Below are positions 38,642 through 47,854 of a stretch of DNA of 51,504 bases, piece by piece (within the stretch, counting starts at the first letter, position 1; the number at the start of each line of letters is the position of its first letter). The notes under the pieces were generated by a model. The model searched no databases. It was not told where the DNA came from and saw only the letters and a program-made list of their open reading frames with translations. The translations under genes were made by a program, and so were the position numbers. The stretch is taken from NCBI GenBank assembly GCA_964393545.1, contig CAYMUB010000059.1, positions 70,571 through 122,074 of the forward strand. Direction: 5' to 3'. The stretch is from an uncultured Gammaproteobacteria bacterium (GTDB lineage: Bacteria; Patescibacteriota; Microgenomatia; Daviesbacterales; UBA10151).

Positions 38642-39473
38642 TTTGAATAATCTACTTAATGTAGTAGGGGATGTAGCTTTAAGAAGAAGGGCAAGATGGC
38701 TTATTCAGAATATGAATCTAAAAAAAGGAGACATAATTCTTGATATAGGATGTGGTGATGGTTTTTATCTTTACTTATTAAGTAAAATAGACTCCGATTT
38801 CAAGCTAACAGGTATTGATATAAACATACATGCGCTTAAAAGTGCGAAGGCAAATTTGAAAGGTAAGAAAGTGAATTTGATTTGTGGTAATGTTTTGAAA
38901 CTCCCTTTTCCGAAAGAGACCTTTGATAAAATTATTGCCAGTGAAGTTTTGGAACATGTTGGGGATGACCTCTCTGCCTTAAGAGAAATAAATAGAGTTC
39001 TTAAAAAAGAAGGGACTTTTGTCTTATCTGTTCCGCATAAAAACTATCCATTTTTTTGGGATCCAATAAACTGGATTTTGGATCATTTCTTTGATGTCCA
39101 TATAAAGTCTGGTTTTTGGGCAGGAATATGGAATCAGCATTTAAGATTATATACAGAGGTCAACTTACAAACTCTTCTAAAAAAAAGTGGTTTTAAAAAA
39201 ATAAAGATTGCAAAATTAACACATTATTGTTTACCATTTAACCATTACATAATTAATATTGTTGCCATAATATTAGCCAGTAAAAAAATTCCTAATATAT
39301 TTCAAAAATTATTTAGTAAGTACAAAGCGAATCACCAAGCCCGATTAAAACATAGTTCATCACAAAGAAATAAATTTAGTTTATTTGCGCCCATTTTTTT
39401 CTTTGATCAGTTGAATGATAATTGGAGCGAGAAAGGAAGTGCTGTTTCTTTAGTGGCGGTATGTGAAAAATGA
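38631..39473 (+). CDS. Class I SAM-dependent methyltransferase
   Basis: ILDIGCGDG; GIDIN; LPFP.ETFD; EVLEHV.DD; R.LK..G; H.RLY. Confidence 0.85.
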   Translation: MKINLNNLLNVVGDVALRRRARWLIQNMNLKKGDIILDIGCGDGFYLYLLSKIDSDFKLTGIDINIHALKSAKANLKGKKVNLICGNVLKLPFPKETFDKIIASEVLEHVGDDLSALREINRVLKKEGTFVLSVPHKNYPFFWDPINWILDHFFDVHIKSGFWAGIWNQHLRLYTEVNLQTLLKKSGFKKIKIAKLTHYCLPFNHYIINIVAIILASKKIPNIFQKLFSKYKANHQARLKHSSSQRNKFSLFAPIFFFDQLNDNWSEKGSAVSLVAVCEK

Positions 39474-41701
39474 AAATATTAATAAAATTGCTACCAATAT
39501 TAATGCCCACAGCTTTATTGTTAGTGGCGTTGTTATTAGTTTCTATCTGGTTTAGGAATGGAGATTTTTTAGCAACAGGGGAGGATGGCTTGATTCTTTA
39601 TAATCCAGCAAGAACCTTAAAACTTTATAATTCTTCATGGACTGAGATTGGAACAGGAATGCCGGGGTCAATATTTCGACCTTTAGTGCCGTTGACTTAT
39701 TTGCAGTTTAAAGCTACAGAGTTTGGTATTTCTACATTCCAGTTTCAAAAAATATTATTTTTTATATTAATTTCTACAGACATGATATCTGCTTATTATC
39801 TAAGCAGGGAGTTTTTTAAATCCGAAGTTGATTCTAAACAAATTTACTTGGCATCTTTTTTGGCTGCACTGTTTTATATCTTTAATCCCGTCTCTATGTT
39901 AGGGGTCTGGTTCAGATTTATATATAGTTTTATGTTTTCATATGCGCTTATCCCTTTGTTTTTTTTGCTTTTTCTAAAAGGATTTAAAAAACACAATCTA
40001 AAGTATACTATTTTGGTGGCTCTTGTTACACTCCCTTTTTGTTATTCTTTTGGTTCTCCGGCCATGATACCTTTGCTCTGGATTCTTCCGGGAATCTATA
40101 CATGTTTATCTATTACTCGGAATAATAGATTTTTCCCTATCTCGTTTTTTTTGATATCCTTAGTTCTATTTTCTTTAGTAAATATCTGGTGGATGATCCC
40201 AATGAAGGATTATTTTATCGGATTCACCTCTTCATCATCGACAAATGATCTTATATATAATGTCAATACCCTAAAATCAAATAGCCCAGATTTTACTTTA
40301 GTAAATGTTATAAGATTAATACACGGGGGATTTTTATATAGAGCTGAAGCTTTTGGATCAATATATAAATCATTACCATTTATCTTTTTGAGCTGGGTTC
40401 TGCCAATAGTGGCTTTAGTTGGAATTTTAAAATTTAGAGATAAATTTTTAAAAAAGTTTTTGATAATTTCTGCTCTAATCCTAATCTTTTTAGCTAAAGG
40501 AACGTCGTTACCTTTAGGCGAAATTCAAATATTTTTATTTAAAGTTTTCCCACCGATACAACTCTACCGTAATCCTCTAGAAAAATGGGGTTTACTTTTA
40601 CCTACAATTTTTATGATAATTTTTGCCATTGGATTTATTAGATTAATTTTTACATCCAATTCACTAATTAAAAGATTGATGTTAGTTATTATCTTAGCTT
40701 CCTATTTTTTTATCTTTCACTGGCCAATGATGACAGGAGGAATAGTTGGATATAAGGATCGAAAGATTGCTGTTGATGTCCCGAAATCATTTGAAGAGGC
40801 TAATAAGGTGATTGGAGGTAGTCATCATTTATTAAGTTTCCCAATGACAGGAGGAGCTTCTGGAAAATATACCTGGAATAAAGCTTTCCAAGGTCATGAA
40901 GTGAGTGAATATTTATTCGATTCACCCTCGATTGCAAAGGCGTTTGGCGGCGATTCTTACAGCGAACTTTTTAACAAACTCAGTTATGATGATAAATTAA
41001 GTATCATTAGCAAAGCCCAATTTTTCGGCTCTGACATTATCGTTCTAAGAAAAGATTTGAATTTAAAAAGGTTGGAATTGCCAGAAAATGCCTTAAAAAA
41101 GTCTGAAGAGATGATAGCCTCTTCTAGTATGCAACTTGTTTCAAACTACCCCGAATTTTCAATTTTTAAGGTTCCCGACAATAAGGTCGTCCCAATGATC
41201 TCCGTACCTTCATCAGCAATCTTTGTTGAATCAATACCTGATATTTTGGATATGGTGAAACAAAATAAAATTGACTTACAGAAATCAACATATATTTGTA
41301 AAGGTTCGTCGTGTGTTCCTAAAATGTCTGTCAATAAAGCAGATTTTAACAATTTAACTAGCCCAGAAAAAGTTATTTTTACTAAAATTTCTTCTAGTGA
41401 ATATAGGGTAAATGTTAACGATAATAAAGGAAAATTCATTTTGACTTTCCTACAAAGCTATCATCCGAACTGGAAAATCAAAATAAACGATCGCATTCTT
41501 CCTGATAGTAATCATTTTGTAGCCAATGGATTTGCTAACGGATTTATTATTGACGAAAAAAAGGATAACTTTGAATTTGATATTACTTTTGGATCTGAAG
41601 AAGCGTACGCTGAATTATATAAAATTTCCTTAGGGGTTATTATTTTTCTCTCTGTGTTATTATTTATTTTACTGATGAAGCATGAACATACTAATACTTA
41701 G
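39470..41701 (+). CDS. AftD/DUF3367-like large GT-C membrane glycosyltransferase
   Basis: 743 aa; GEDG..YNP..SW...GTG; YIFNP; N.WW; LAKG...P; YRNP.EK; C-terminal SYHPNW..HF.ANGFANGF, then a terminal TM helix. Confidence 0.65.
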   Translation: MKILIKLLPILMPTALLLVALLLVSIWFRNGDFLATGEDGLILYNPARTLKLYNSSWTEIGTGMPGSIFRPLVPLTYLQFKATEFGISTFQFQKILFFILISTDMISAYYLSREFFKSEVDSKQIYLASFLAALFYIFNPVSMLGVWFRFIYSFMFSYALIPLFFLLFLKGFKKHNLKYTILVALVTLPFCYSFGSPAMIPLLWILPGIYTCLSITRNNRFFPISFFLISLVLFSLVNIWWMIPMKDYFIGFTSSSSTNDLIYNVNTLKSNSPDFTLVNVIRLIHGGFLYRAEAFGSIYKSLPFIFLSWVLPIVALVGILKFRDKFLKKFLIISALILIFLAKGTSLPLGEIQIFLFKVFPPIQLYRNPLEKWGLLLPTIFMIIFAIGFIRLIFTSNSLIKRLMLVIILASYFFIFHWPMMTGGIVGYKDRKIAVDVPKSFEEANKVIGGSHHLLSFPMTGGASGKYTWNKAFQGHEVSEYLFDSPSIAKAFGGDSYSELFNKLSYDDKLSIISKAQFFGSDIIVLRKDLNLKRLELPENALKKSEEMIASSSMQLVSNYPEFSIFKVPDNKVVPMISVPSSAIFVESIPDILDMVKQNKIDLQKSTYICKGSSCVPKMSVNKADFNNLTSPEKVIFTKISSSEYRVNVNDNKGKFILTFLQSYHPNWKIKINDRILPDSNHFVANGFANGFIIDEKKDNFEFDITFGSEEAYAELYKISLGVIIFLSVLLFILLMKHEHTNT

Positions 41702-43904
41702 TTGGAAGGATATTAAAAACCCAGATTCAGGAGGTGCTGAACTTGTTACCTTTGAATTTGCAAAAAGACTTGTTAACGAAGGTAATCAGGTTACTATATT
41801 TTGCAGAAAATTCTCCAACTCACAACCGGTTGAGCATATTGATGGAATAAGAATTCATAGAAAAGGAAATGCCTTAACTACTTACTTTCATGCATGGAGA
41901 TATTATAAGAAGTTAAATCCAAAACCCGATCTAGTCATAGATATGCTAAATACCATATTTTGGCAAACCCCCTTATATGTACCTAAGTCTAAAAGATTGG
42001 CTTATGTTAATCAATTAGCCAGAGAAGTGCTATTTTATGAATTGTGGCCACCGATATCATGGATAGCTTACCTTCTTGAGCACCTACAATTTTTAAGTTA
42101 TAAAACAACCCAGGTGTTATGTTTTTCAAACAGTACTAAGCAAGATCTGCTTAAAATAGGACTAAATGAATCTAATATACATATATTTCCCTTGGGAATT
42201 GACCCAAAAAAATATAGGCAGGGTCAAAAAACAGAATTTCCGCTTTTTTTATGTGTCAACAGACTGGTTAGGATGAAGCGGACGGATTTAGCTATCAAGG
42301 CTACTTGGACACTAAAACCTAAGTATCCCGGTATCAGACTGCATATTATGGGAAGGGGCTACGAGCAAGAAAGATTGCAGTCCCTGGTTCAAAAACTCAA
42401 TCTTCAAAAGAATGTATCTTTTGATTTTAATGGAAGTGACGGCGAGAAAATAAAACTTATGTCACAAGCTTGGGCATTAATTTTTCCCTCAGTTAAAGAA
42501 GGGTGGGGTATAACTGTAACAGAATCTGCTGCTTGTGGAGCTCCAACTATTGCAAGCAGAGTAAGTGGTTTGATTGATTCTGTACAAGAAGGCAAGAATG
42601 GAATATTTGTTTCAAAAAATCCCAGTCCAAAGGAGTTAGCACAAGCAATGGAGAGAATTATCACTGATGATAAATTAAGAAATAAGCTTAGTGAAGAATC
42701 GGTTAGGTTAAGTCAAAATTATTCTTGGGACGGGAGCTTCAAGGTATTTTATAGCCTAATTAAAAAGTTGGTGGGAGAAAAGAAAAAGAACATATTGATT
42801 TTATCCTGGAGAGGTCCTAAACACTATAATTCAGGAGGAGCAGAGATGTCAGTTCATGAGCATGCGAAAGCCTGGGTAAGGGCTGGTTTTAATGTCACAC
42901 TATTTACCTCAAAGGTTATTGGTTTAAAATCCAGCGAAATTATTGATGGTGTGACTATAATAAGGCAAGGAAAACAAGTATTTGGGGTTCAACTGCAGGC
43001 TTCTCTATATTATCTCAAAAATCGAGAATCGATTGATTTATTAGTTGATAATTTTCATGGTATCCCCTTTTTTACACCACTTTATGTATTTAAGCCTAAG
43101 ATAGCATTTATTCATGAGGTTGCAAAAGAAGTCTGGTTTTTAAATTATCTTTATTTCCCGCTAAACTATATATTTGGATTAATAGGATATATTTTAGAAC
43201 CGTTGGTCTTTCGGTTTATATATGGCAGGATTCCATTTATTACTGTATCCAATTCTACAAAACAAGACTTAATCGTATGGGGAATACCAGAGATGAATAT
43301 TAATGTAATTTATAACGGCGTAATTATACATAAGGTGGATCAAAATATATCTAAGAATAAAGTTAAGACCTTAATATTTTTGGGGGAAATTAGCATAGAT
43401 AAAGGGACGGAGGATGCAATTTATGTATTCAGTAAACTGGTTAAAGAAGATAAAATGGGAAAACTTTGGATTGTTGGTAAAGGAAGCCTACCTTATATAG
43501 AAAGAATGAAAAAACTCATCGACAAGTTAGGTTTGAAAGAAAAGGTTAAATTATGGGGCTTTGTTAGCGAGAAAAGTAAGTTTGAGCTTTTAAAAATGTC
43601 CCATATTTTGATTCATCCTTCTTTGCGTGAGGGCTGGGGTCAAGTTGTAATTGAAGCAGCAGCTATGGGGACTCCTACAGTTGGATACAATGTTGCAGGA
43701 CTTAAGGACTCTATTCTGGACGGAAAAACAGGTTTGCTTTCAGAAATTAATATTGATGATTTGACCAGGAAAATAGAAAAACTTGTATACGACAGGGAAT
43801 TATATAGGCAGATGCAAGTCAATTGTATTGAATGGTCAAAGCAATTTGTTTGGAAGAAGGCAACAGAGCAAAGCTTGAAACTAGTGAGACTTTCTCCGGA
43901 TTAG
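41682..43904 (+). CDS. Tandem GT4-GT4 fusion
   Basis: Both halves begin NILILSW(K/R)..SGGAE and carry EGWG..V.E (KEGWGITVTE; REGWGQVVIE). Confidence 0.85.
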   Translation: MNILILSWKDIKNPDSGGAELVTFEFAKRLVNEGNQVTIFCRKFSNSQPVEHIDGIRIHRKGNALTTYFHAWRYYKKLNPKPDLVIDMLNTIFWQTPLYVPKSKRLAYVNQLAREVLFYELWPPISWIAYLLEHLQFLSYKTTQVLCFSNSTKQDLLKIGLNESNIHIFPLGIDPKKYRQGQKTEFPLFLCVNRLVRMKRTDLAIKATWTLKPKYPGIRLHIMGRGYEQERLQSLVQKLNLQKNVSFDFNGSDGEKIKLMSQAWALIFPSVKEGWGITVTESAACGAPTIASRVSGLIDSVQEGKNGIFVSKNPSPKELAQAMERIITDDKLRNKLSEESVRLSQNYSWDGSFKVFYSLIKKLVGEKKKNILILSWRGPKHYNSGGAEMSVHEHAKAWVRAGFNVTLFTSKVIGLKSSEIIDGVTIIRQGKQVFGVQLQASLYYLKNRESIDLLVDNFHGIPFFTPLYVFKPKIAFIHEVAKEVWFLNYLYFPLNYIFGLIGYILEPLVFRFIYGRIPFITVSNSTKQDLIVWGIPEMNINVIYNGVIIHKVDQNISKNKVKTLIFLGEISIDKGTEDAIYVFSKLVKEDKMGKLWIVGKGSLPYIERMKKLIDKLGLKEKVKLWGFVSEKSKFELLKMSHILIHPSLREGWGQVVIEAAAMGTPTVGYNVAGLKDSILDGKTGLLSEINIDDLTRKIEKLVYDRELYRQMQVNCIEWSKQFVWKKATEQSLKLVRLSPD

Positions 43905-45614
43905 GTAGTTTCCGATCACTAATTCATCCACAGCTCCCCATAAAAGGTGTTCAATTGCTTCACTGGGAGAATGTACAATAGGTAAGCCATGTCTGTTAAA
44001 ACTGGTATTTAGTATCACAGGTACATCGGTCAGTTTGTAAAACTCCTCAATTACTTGGTGATATAGCGGCAAAACCTTTTTGTTAACTGTCTGTGGCCTT
44101 ACTGTTTTATCTATGTGGATTGCGGCAGATATAAATTTGGCCTTATTTGGTTTAATCCGATCTGCGGTAATCATAAAAGGGGACCAGCGATTATTTACTA
44201 AAAACTCATTTGATCTCTCCTGCAAGATAGCCGGAGCAAACGGCATGAACCAATCCCGCTGTTTTAACTTCTGATTAATTCTTTCTTTAATTGATTCATA
44301 TCTTGGATCTGCCAGAACACTTCTTTGTCCCAGTGCTCTTGGCCCCCATTCTCCTCTACCCTGGAACCAACCTAAAACTTTACCTTCTGTTAATTTTTTA
44401 GCAACGATTTTAGCCAAATTGGTCTTAAGCTGCAGGACTGTGATTTGATTTTTAAAACGCCTGATAGCTTGTTGAATCTCAACTGGCGTAAACTCGCATC
44501 CCAAATCTGCCCTGTTAAGCTGTTGTTTCTTTAGTACTCCACCCATCTTTTTGTATACGGCTAAAGCTGCTCCGACTGCAGTGCCGCTATCTCCCGGATT
44601 TGGATAAATGAATAAATCAGAAACAATTTTATTATCAAGAAGCCGCATATTCATCTTGACGTTTAGAAAAATCCCACCTGCTGCAGCTACTATACTAGTT
44701 TTATACTTCTTAACTAAATAAGTAAAAAATTTCTCGGATTCTTCTTCTAATATTCTTTGAGCGGCTGCAGCGACGTTTTCAGCCTTATGCTCTTTGATTA
44801 AGAGCTGTAAATACTTATAAGTAGATGTTGTTTTGAATAAGTCAGTTTTTGAAACACTCGTAATGTCCAGCCAATTGTTCCGGGGAAGCCAACTATCTTT
44901 AAGGAAGATTGGAAAAATCTCTCTTAACGCCTTATAACACTTAGATGGATTACCAAAGGAGGCCAGTCCCATGGTTTTACCTTCCCCGTCATTTAGCTTA
45001 AATCCCAGTGCAATCGTGACCGCGCCATAATATAGTGACAGGGATGAATACATTGGTATTTCCTCCAACTTTTCTAAATTATCATCCAGGGCTCTATAAA
45101 TAATTCCACACAAAGGTTTGCCGGAAATGTCTATACCATATCCATCCCAAGCTACTACTAAACAATCTTTAAAACCAGAGTTGCAGTAGGCAGATTCAGC
45201 GTGAGCCAGGTGATGTGAAACACAAATTAGCTTATCTTTGGGCAGACCAGCTTTAATGTAGGAAAGTTCCTTTGAGGTTGTCCCAAGCCTTAATAAAGTA
45301 AACGGTAATCTTTTTACAAACCAAGTAAAAAACTTAAAATACCCACAATATTTAATTCCTTCAAGATAAGCAATCAGGCATGGAAATAGTTTTATTGGGG
45401 GTATAGCTGAAGCAAAATAATCAATTTGAGATAAGTTTAATTTGGAAAATTTTAAAGCATGTTTAATGGTATCCAAAGGAAAGCTCTGGTCGTGTTTTAA
45501 TCTAGATATCCTTTCTTGTGCTTCTGCAAAAACTATCTCTCCGTCAACAAGTAATGCTGCAGAATTATCATGAGCAACACCGCCTAAATGATCTGTTAAT
45601 CCAATAATTTTCAT
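43881..45614 (-). CDS. O-carbamoyltransferase, NodU/CmcH/TobZ family
   Basis: HD.SAALL.DG; ER.SR.KH; HHLAHA; DGYG; EGKTMGLA; GG.FLN; GDSGTA.GAA; WFQGR.EWGPRALG.RS; PFAP; LNTSFN.HG.P. Confidence 0.9.
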   Translation of the reverse strand: MKIIGLTDHLGGVAHDNSAALLVDGEIVFAEAQERISRLKHDQSFPLDTIKHALKFSKLNLSQIDYFASAIPPIKLFPCLIAYLEGIKYCGYFKFFTWFVKRLPFTLLRLGTTSKELSYIKAGLPKDKLICVSHHLAHAESAYCNSGFKDCLVVAWDGYGIDISGKPLCGIIYRALDDNLEKLEEIPMYSSLSLYYGAVTIALGFKLNDGEGKTMGLASFGNPSKCYKALREIFPIFLKDSWLPRNNWLDITSVSKTDLFKTTSTYKYLQLLIKEHKAENVAAAAQRILEEESEKFFTYLVKKYKTSIVAAAGGIFLNVKMNMRLLDNKIVSDLFIYPNPGDSGTAVGAALAVYKKMGGVLKKQQLNRADLGCEFTPVEIQQAIRRFKNQITVLQLKTNLAKIVAKKLTEGKVLGWFQGRGEWGPRALGQRSVLADPRYESIKERINQKLKQRDWFMPFAPAILQERSNEFLVNNRWSPFMITADRIKPNKAKFISAAIHIDKTVRPQTVNKKVLPLYHQVIEEFYKLTDVPVILNTSFNRHGLPIVHSPSEAIEHLLWGAVDELVIGNYLIRRKSH

Positions 45615-47128
45615 AAATTTTCTATTTGATAAACCTGTATATCGCCAACGTCTTTTAATAAATGGTTTTTAGGTATTTTTAGCTCCAGAGCAGTAACGTA
45701 ACTTTTTTTCAAAATTAATAAATTCAGATTATATTTTTTTGCCAGTTTCTTGATTGACGTTCTAAGTATAGGAAAAACCTCTTGTAACTTCAGTAATCCC
45801 TTCATCTCTATATCTACTAAAGCATCAACTTTAGTATTATACAAAAAGATTAAGTTCATAGCGTGGGGAACACAGATAATTCTGGGTTTAAATTTTAAGT
45901 GATTAAGATAGGAAAAAACTTCCGGAAGCTCCGAAGTCAAGGATCTATTTTTATCAGTAATAACACCTTTCCACTGGGCATATACAGTCAGTAACACATT
46001 AATTAGGAATATTGAAATATAGATGATAATAATCTCAATTTTGTACTGGGTATTAACGAAAGCTGAAAATGTTAAAGCTGCCAGTATTGAAGTTGGGACT
46101 AGAGCCATTTCTAAATAACGCTGTCCTTCTCCGATCGGAATTAAATATTTCACTGAAAGAACAATTGTGGAGATAATATAAAAGAAAACCACCCATAAAC
46201 TCATTTTTAAAAATAAAGGATTATCAAGAGGAATAATACTTAATTTTGCATATTTATCCATAAAAAAAGCAAAAGGAGCAAGTAACCAAATGTTTGTTGC
46301 AATAAGTGAGAGGGGAGTAAAGGTAGAAAGTAGATAATAAATGAAACCAACAAAATCCATCTTATGGATTTTGTTGTCGGAAAAGTTTCCTCTAATTTGG
46401 TGAGCGAATCGAAACTTATAATGTAGCATCCAAAAATATATTATTGATAAGTGCCCCTTTAAAACTCTCAAGTAGTAACCACGACTAATCAGGATTGCTG
46501 TTAATAAAGATAAAAAAAAGTTAATAAGATATATTAAATCTTTGTCAAAAATAGAAAAAAATATACTAATAAACAAAAGTGCCTGTACTGGGAAGCGGTG
46601 AGAAAAAAATATTAAGGTTGTAAAGAGATACCCTATTACAAGATAAATTAAAGTATGTGTTTGTTGATACATAAGTATTGGGTAAAAGGCTAAAGTAAAG
46701 TTTAAATAACCTAAGGATCTGGGGGTTAAGTAACTGTTTTCTAAAGCTGCAATCGGGGTAGAAAAATAAATCATTTGTGCAATTAGGGCAATTTCTAATC
46801 TATTAGTTAATTGGAGAGTAATAAAAAAGACTAAATAATTTTGGATACAATCAAATATAGGTGCAATAAAGCCCTGAATTTCGAGTAATGTTTTTTTGGG
46901 AATAAAAGATAAAATCCAGGGAAATACAGGAGGATAGTCAAAATATCCTTCTATAATAAATCCACTGCTTACTATACCTTTTGGGATATGATGGTGATTT
47001 TTTCTAATAATATCTGCTTCAATCATCCTTTTCCAAACATCAATTCCAAAATATCGATTGAATATCCTGGGGTATATTTGAAAAAAGTAACTGATAATCG
47101 GGACAATAAGTCCAATTAGGAATTGCAT
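45611..47128 (-). CDS. GT-C-like polytopic membrane protein, family unassigned
   Basis: First loop with Asp (GIDVW) and DYPP; many TM helices; GEGQRY; soluble C-terminal domain. ATGA-coupled to the carbamoyltransferase. Confidence 0.55.
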   Translation of the reverse strand: MQFLIGLIVPIISYFFQIYPRIFNRYFGIDVWKRMIEADIIRKNHHHIPKGIVSSGFIIEGYFDYPPVFPWILSFIPKKTLLEIQGFIAPIFDCIQNYLVFFITLQLTNRLEIALIAQMIYFSTPIAALENSYLTPRSLGYLNFTLAFYPILMYQQTHTLIYLVIGYLFTTLIFFSHRFPVQALLFISIFFSIFDKDLIYLINFFLSLLTAILISRGYYLRVLKGHLSIIYFWMLHYKFRFAHQIRGNFSDNKIHKMDFVGFIYYLLSTFTPLSLIATNIWLLAPFAFFMDKYAKLSIIPLDNPLFLKMSLWVVFFYIISTIVLSVKYLIPIGEGQRYLEMALVPTSILAALTFSAFVNTQYKIEIIIIYISIFLINVLLTVYAQWKGVITDKNRSLTSELPEVFSYLNHLKFKPRIICVPHAMNLIFLYNTKVDALVDIEMKGLLKLQEVFPILRTSIKKLAKKYNLNLLILKKSYVTALELKIPKNHLLKDVGDIQVYQIENL

Positions 47129-47135
47129 TTCGATG

Positions 47136-47183
47136 ATTATACCAAACTTAAACTTGGATCTTAAAAGGAGTTGCTGATATAAT
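47136..47183. promoter_or_regulatory. Divergent consensus extended -10 promoters
   Basis: Minus strand: TG-G-TATAAT (47144-47136), 7 nt before ATG 47128. Plus strand: TG-A-TATAAT (47175-47183), 8 nt before ATG 47192. Confidence 0.75.
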
Positions 47184-47191
47184 AACTCGTA

Positions 47192-47854
47192 ATGAAAAGT
47201 GTAAAGAAAATTGTGATTTTAGGCGCGGGAGGAAACTCCAGGGATATTGTGGATATCTTACATGATATTAACCGATTTCAAGGTACTACTTATGAATGTG
47301 TTGGTTTTTTGGATGATGACAAGGCATTATGGGGGAAAAAACTTATCGGAGAAAAAGTTTTAGGTCCTATTGAAAAGGCCAGTGATTTTCCAGACTGTTT
47401 TTTTGTAAATGGTGTTTATTCTGTAATTAATTTTTTTAATAATGAAAATGTTATCCAAAAAGCAAAGATACCTTTATTAAGATATATAACTGTCATCCAT
47501 CCTTCAGCACACATTTCTAAAACTGCTCGAATAGATAAAGGTAGTGTTCTAATGCGTAATGTAACCATAATGTCCGACGTCGTCATAGGAAAACACGTTA
47601 ATATTCATCCAGGAGCAGTAATAAGTCATGGCACCCAAATAGGTGATTATTCGTTTATTGCCAATACGGCATCAATAGGAGGGTACGTAAAAATAAGCAA
47701 CTCTTGTTTTATTGGGTCGAATAGCTCTTTAAGAGATCGTATCACAATAGGCAGCTACAGTATTATAGGAATTGGTAGTACGGTTGTAGAAGATATTCCG
47801 GGTAATGGTGTATATATTGGCAGTCCAACAAGATTCCTTAGAAAATCCCGATAG
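47192..47854 (+). CDS. NeuD/PglD-like sugar acetyltransferase (hexapeptide left-handed beta-helix)
   Basis: ILGAGG; GFLDD; IHPSA.IS..A.I..G; hexapeptide repeats; IG.GS.V..D.P..Y.G.P.R. Confidence 0.85.
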   Translation: MKSVKKIVILGAGGNSRDIVDILHDINRFQGTTYECVGFLDDDKALWGKKLIGEKVLGPIEKASDFPDCFFVNGVYSVINFFNNENVIQKAKIPLLRYITVIHPSAHISKTARIDKGSVLMRNVTIMSDVVIGKHVNIHPGAVISHGTQIGDYSFIANTASIGGYVKISNSCFIGSNSSLRDRITIGSYSIIGIGSTVVEDIPGNGVYIGSPTRFLRKSR

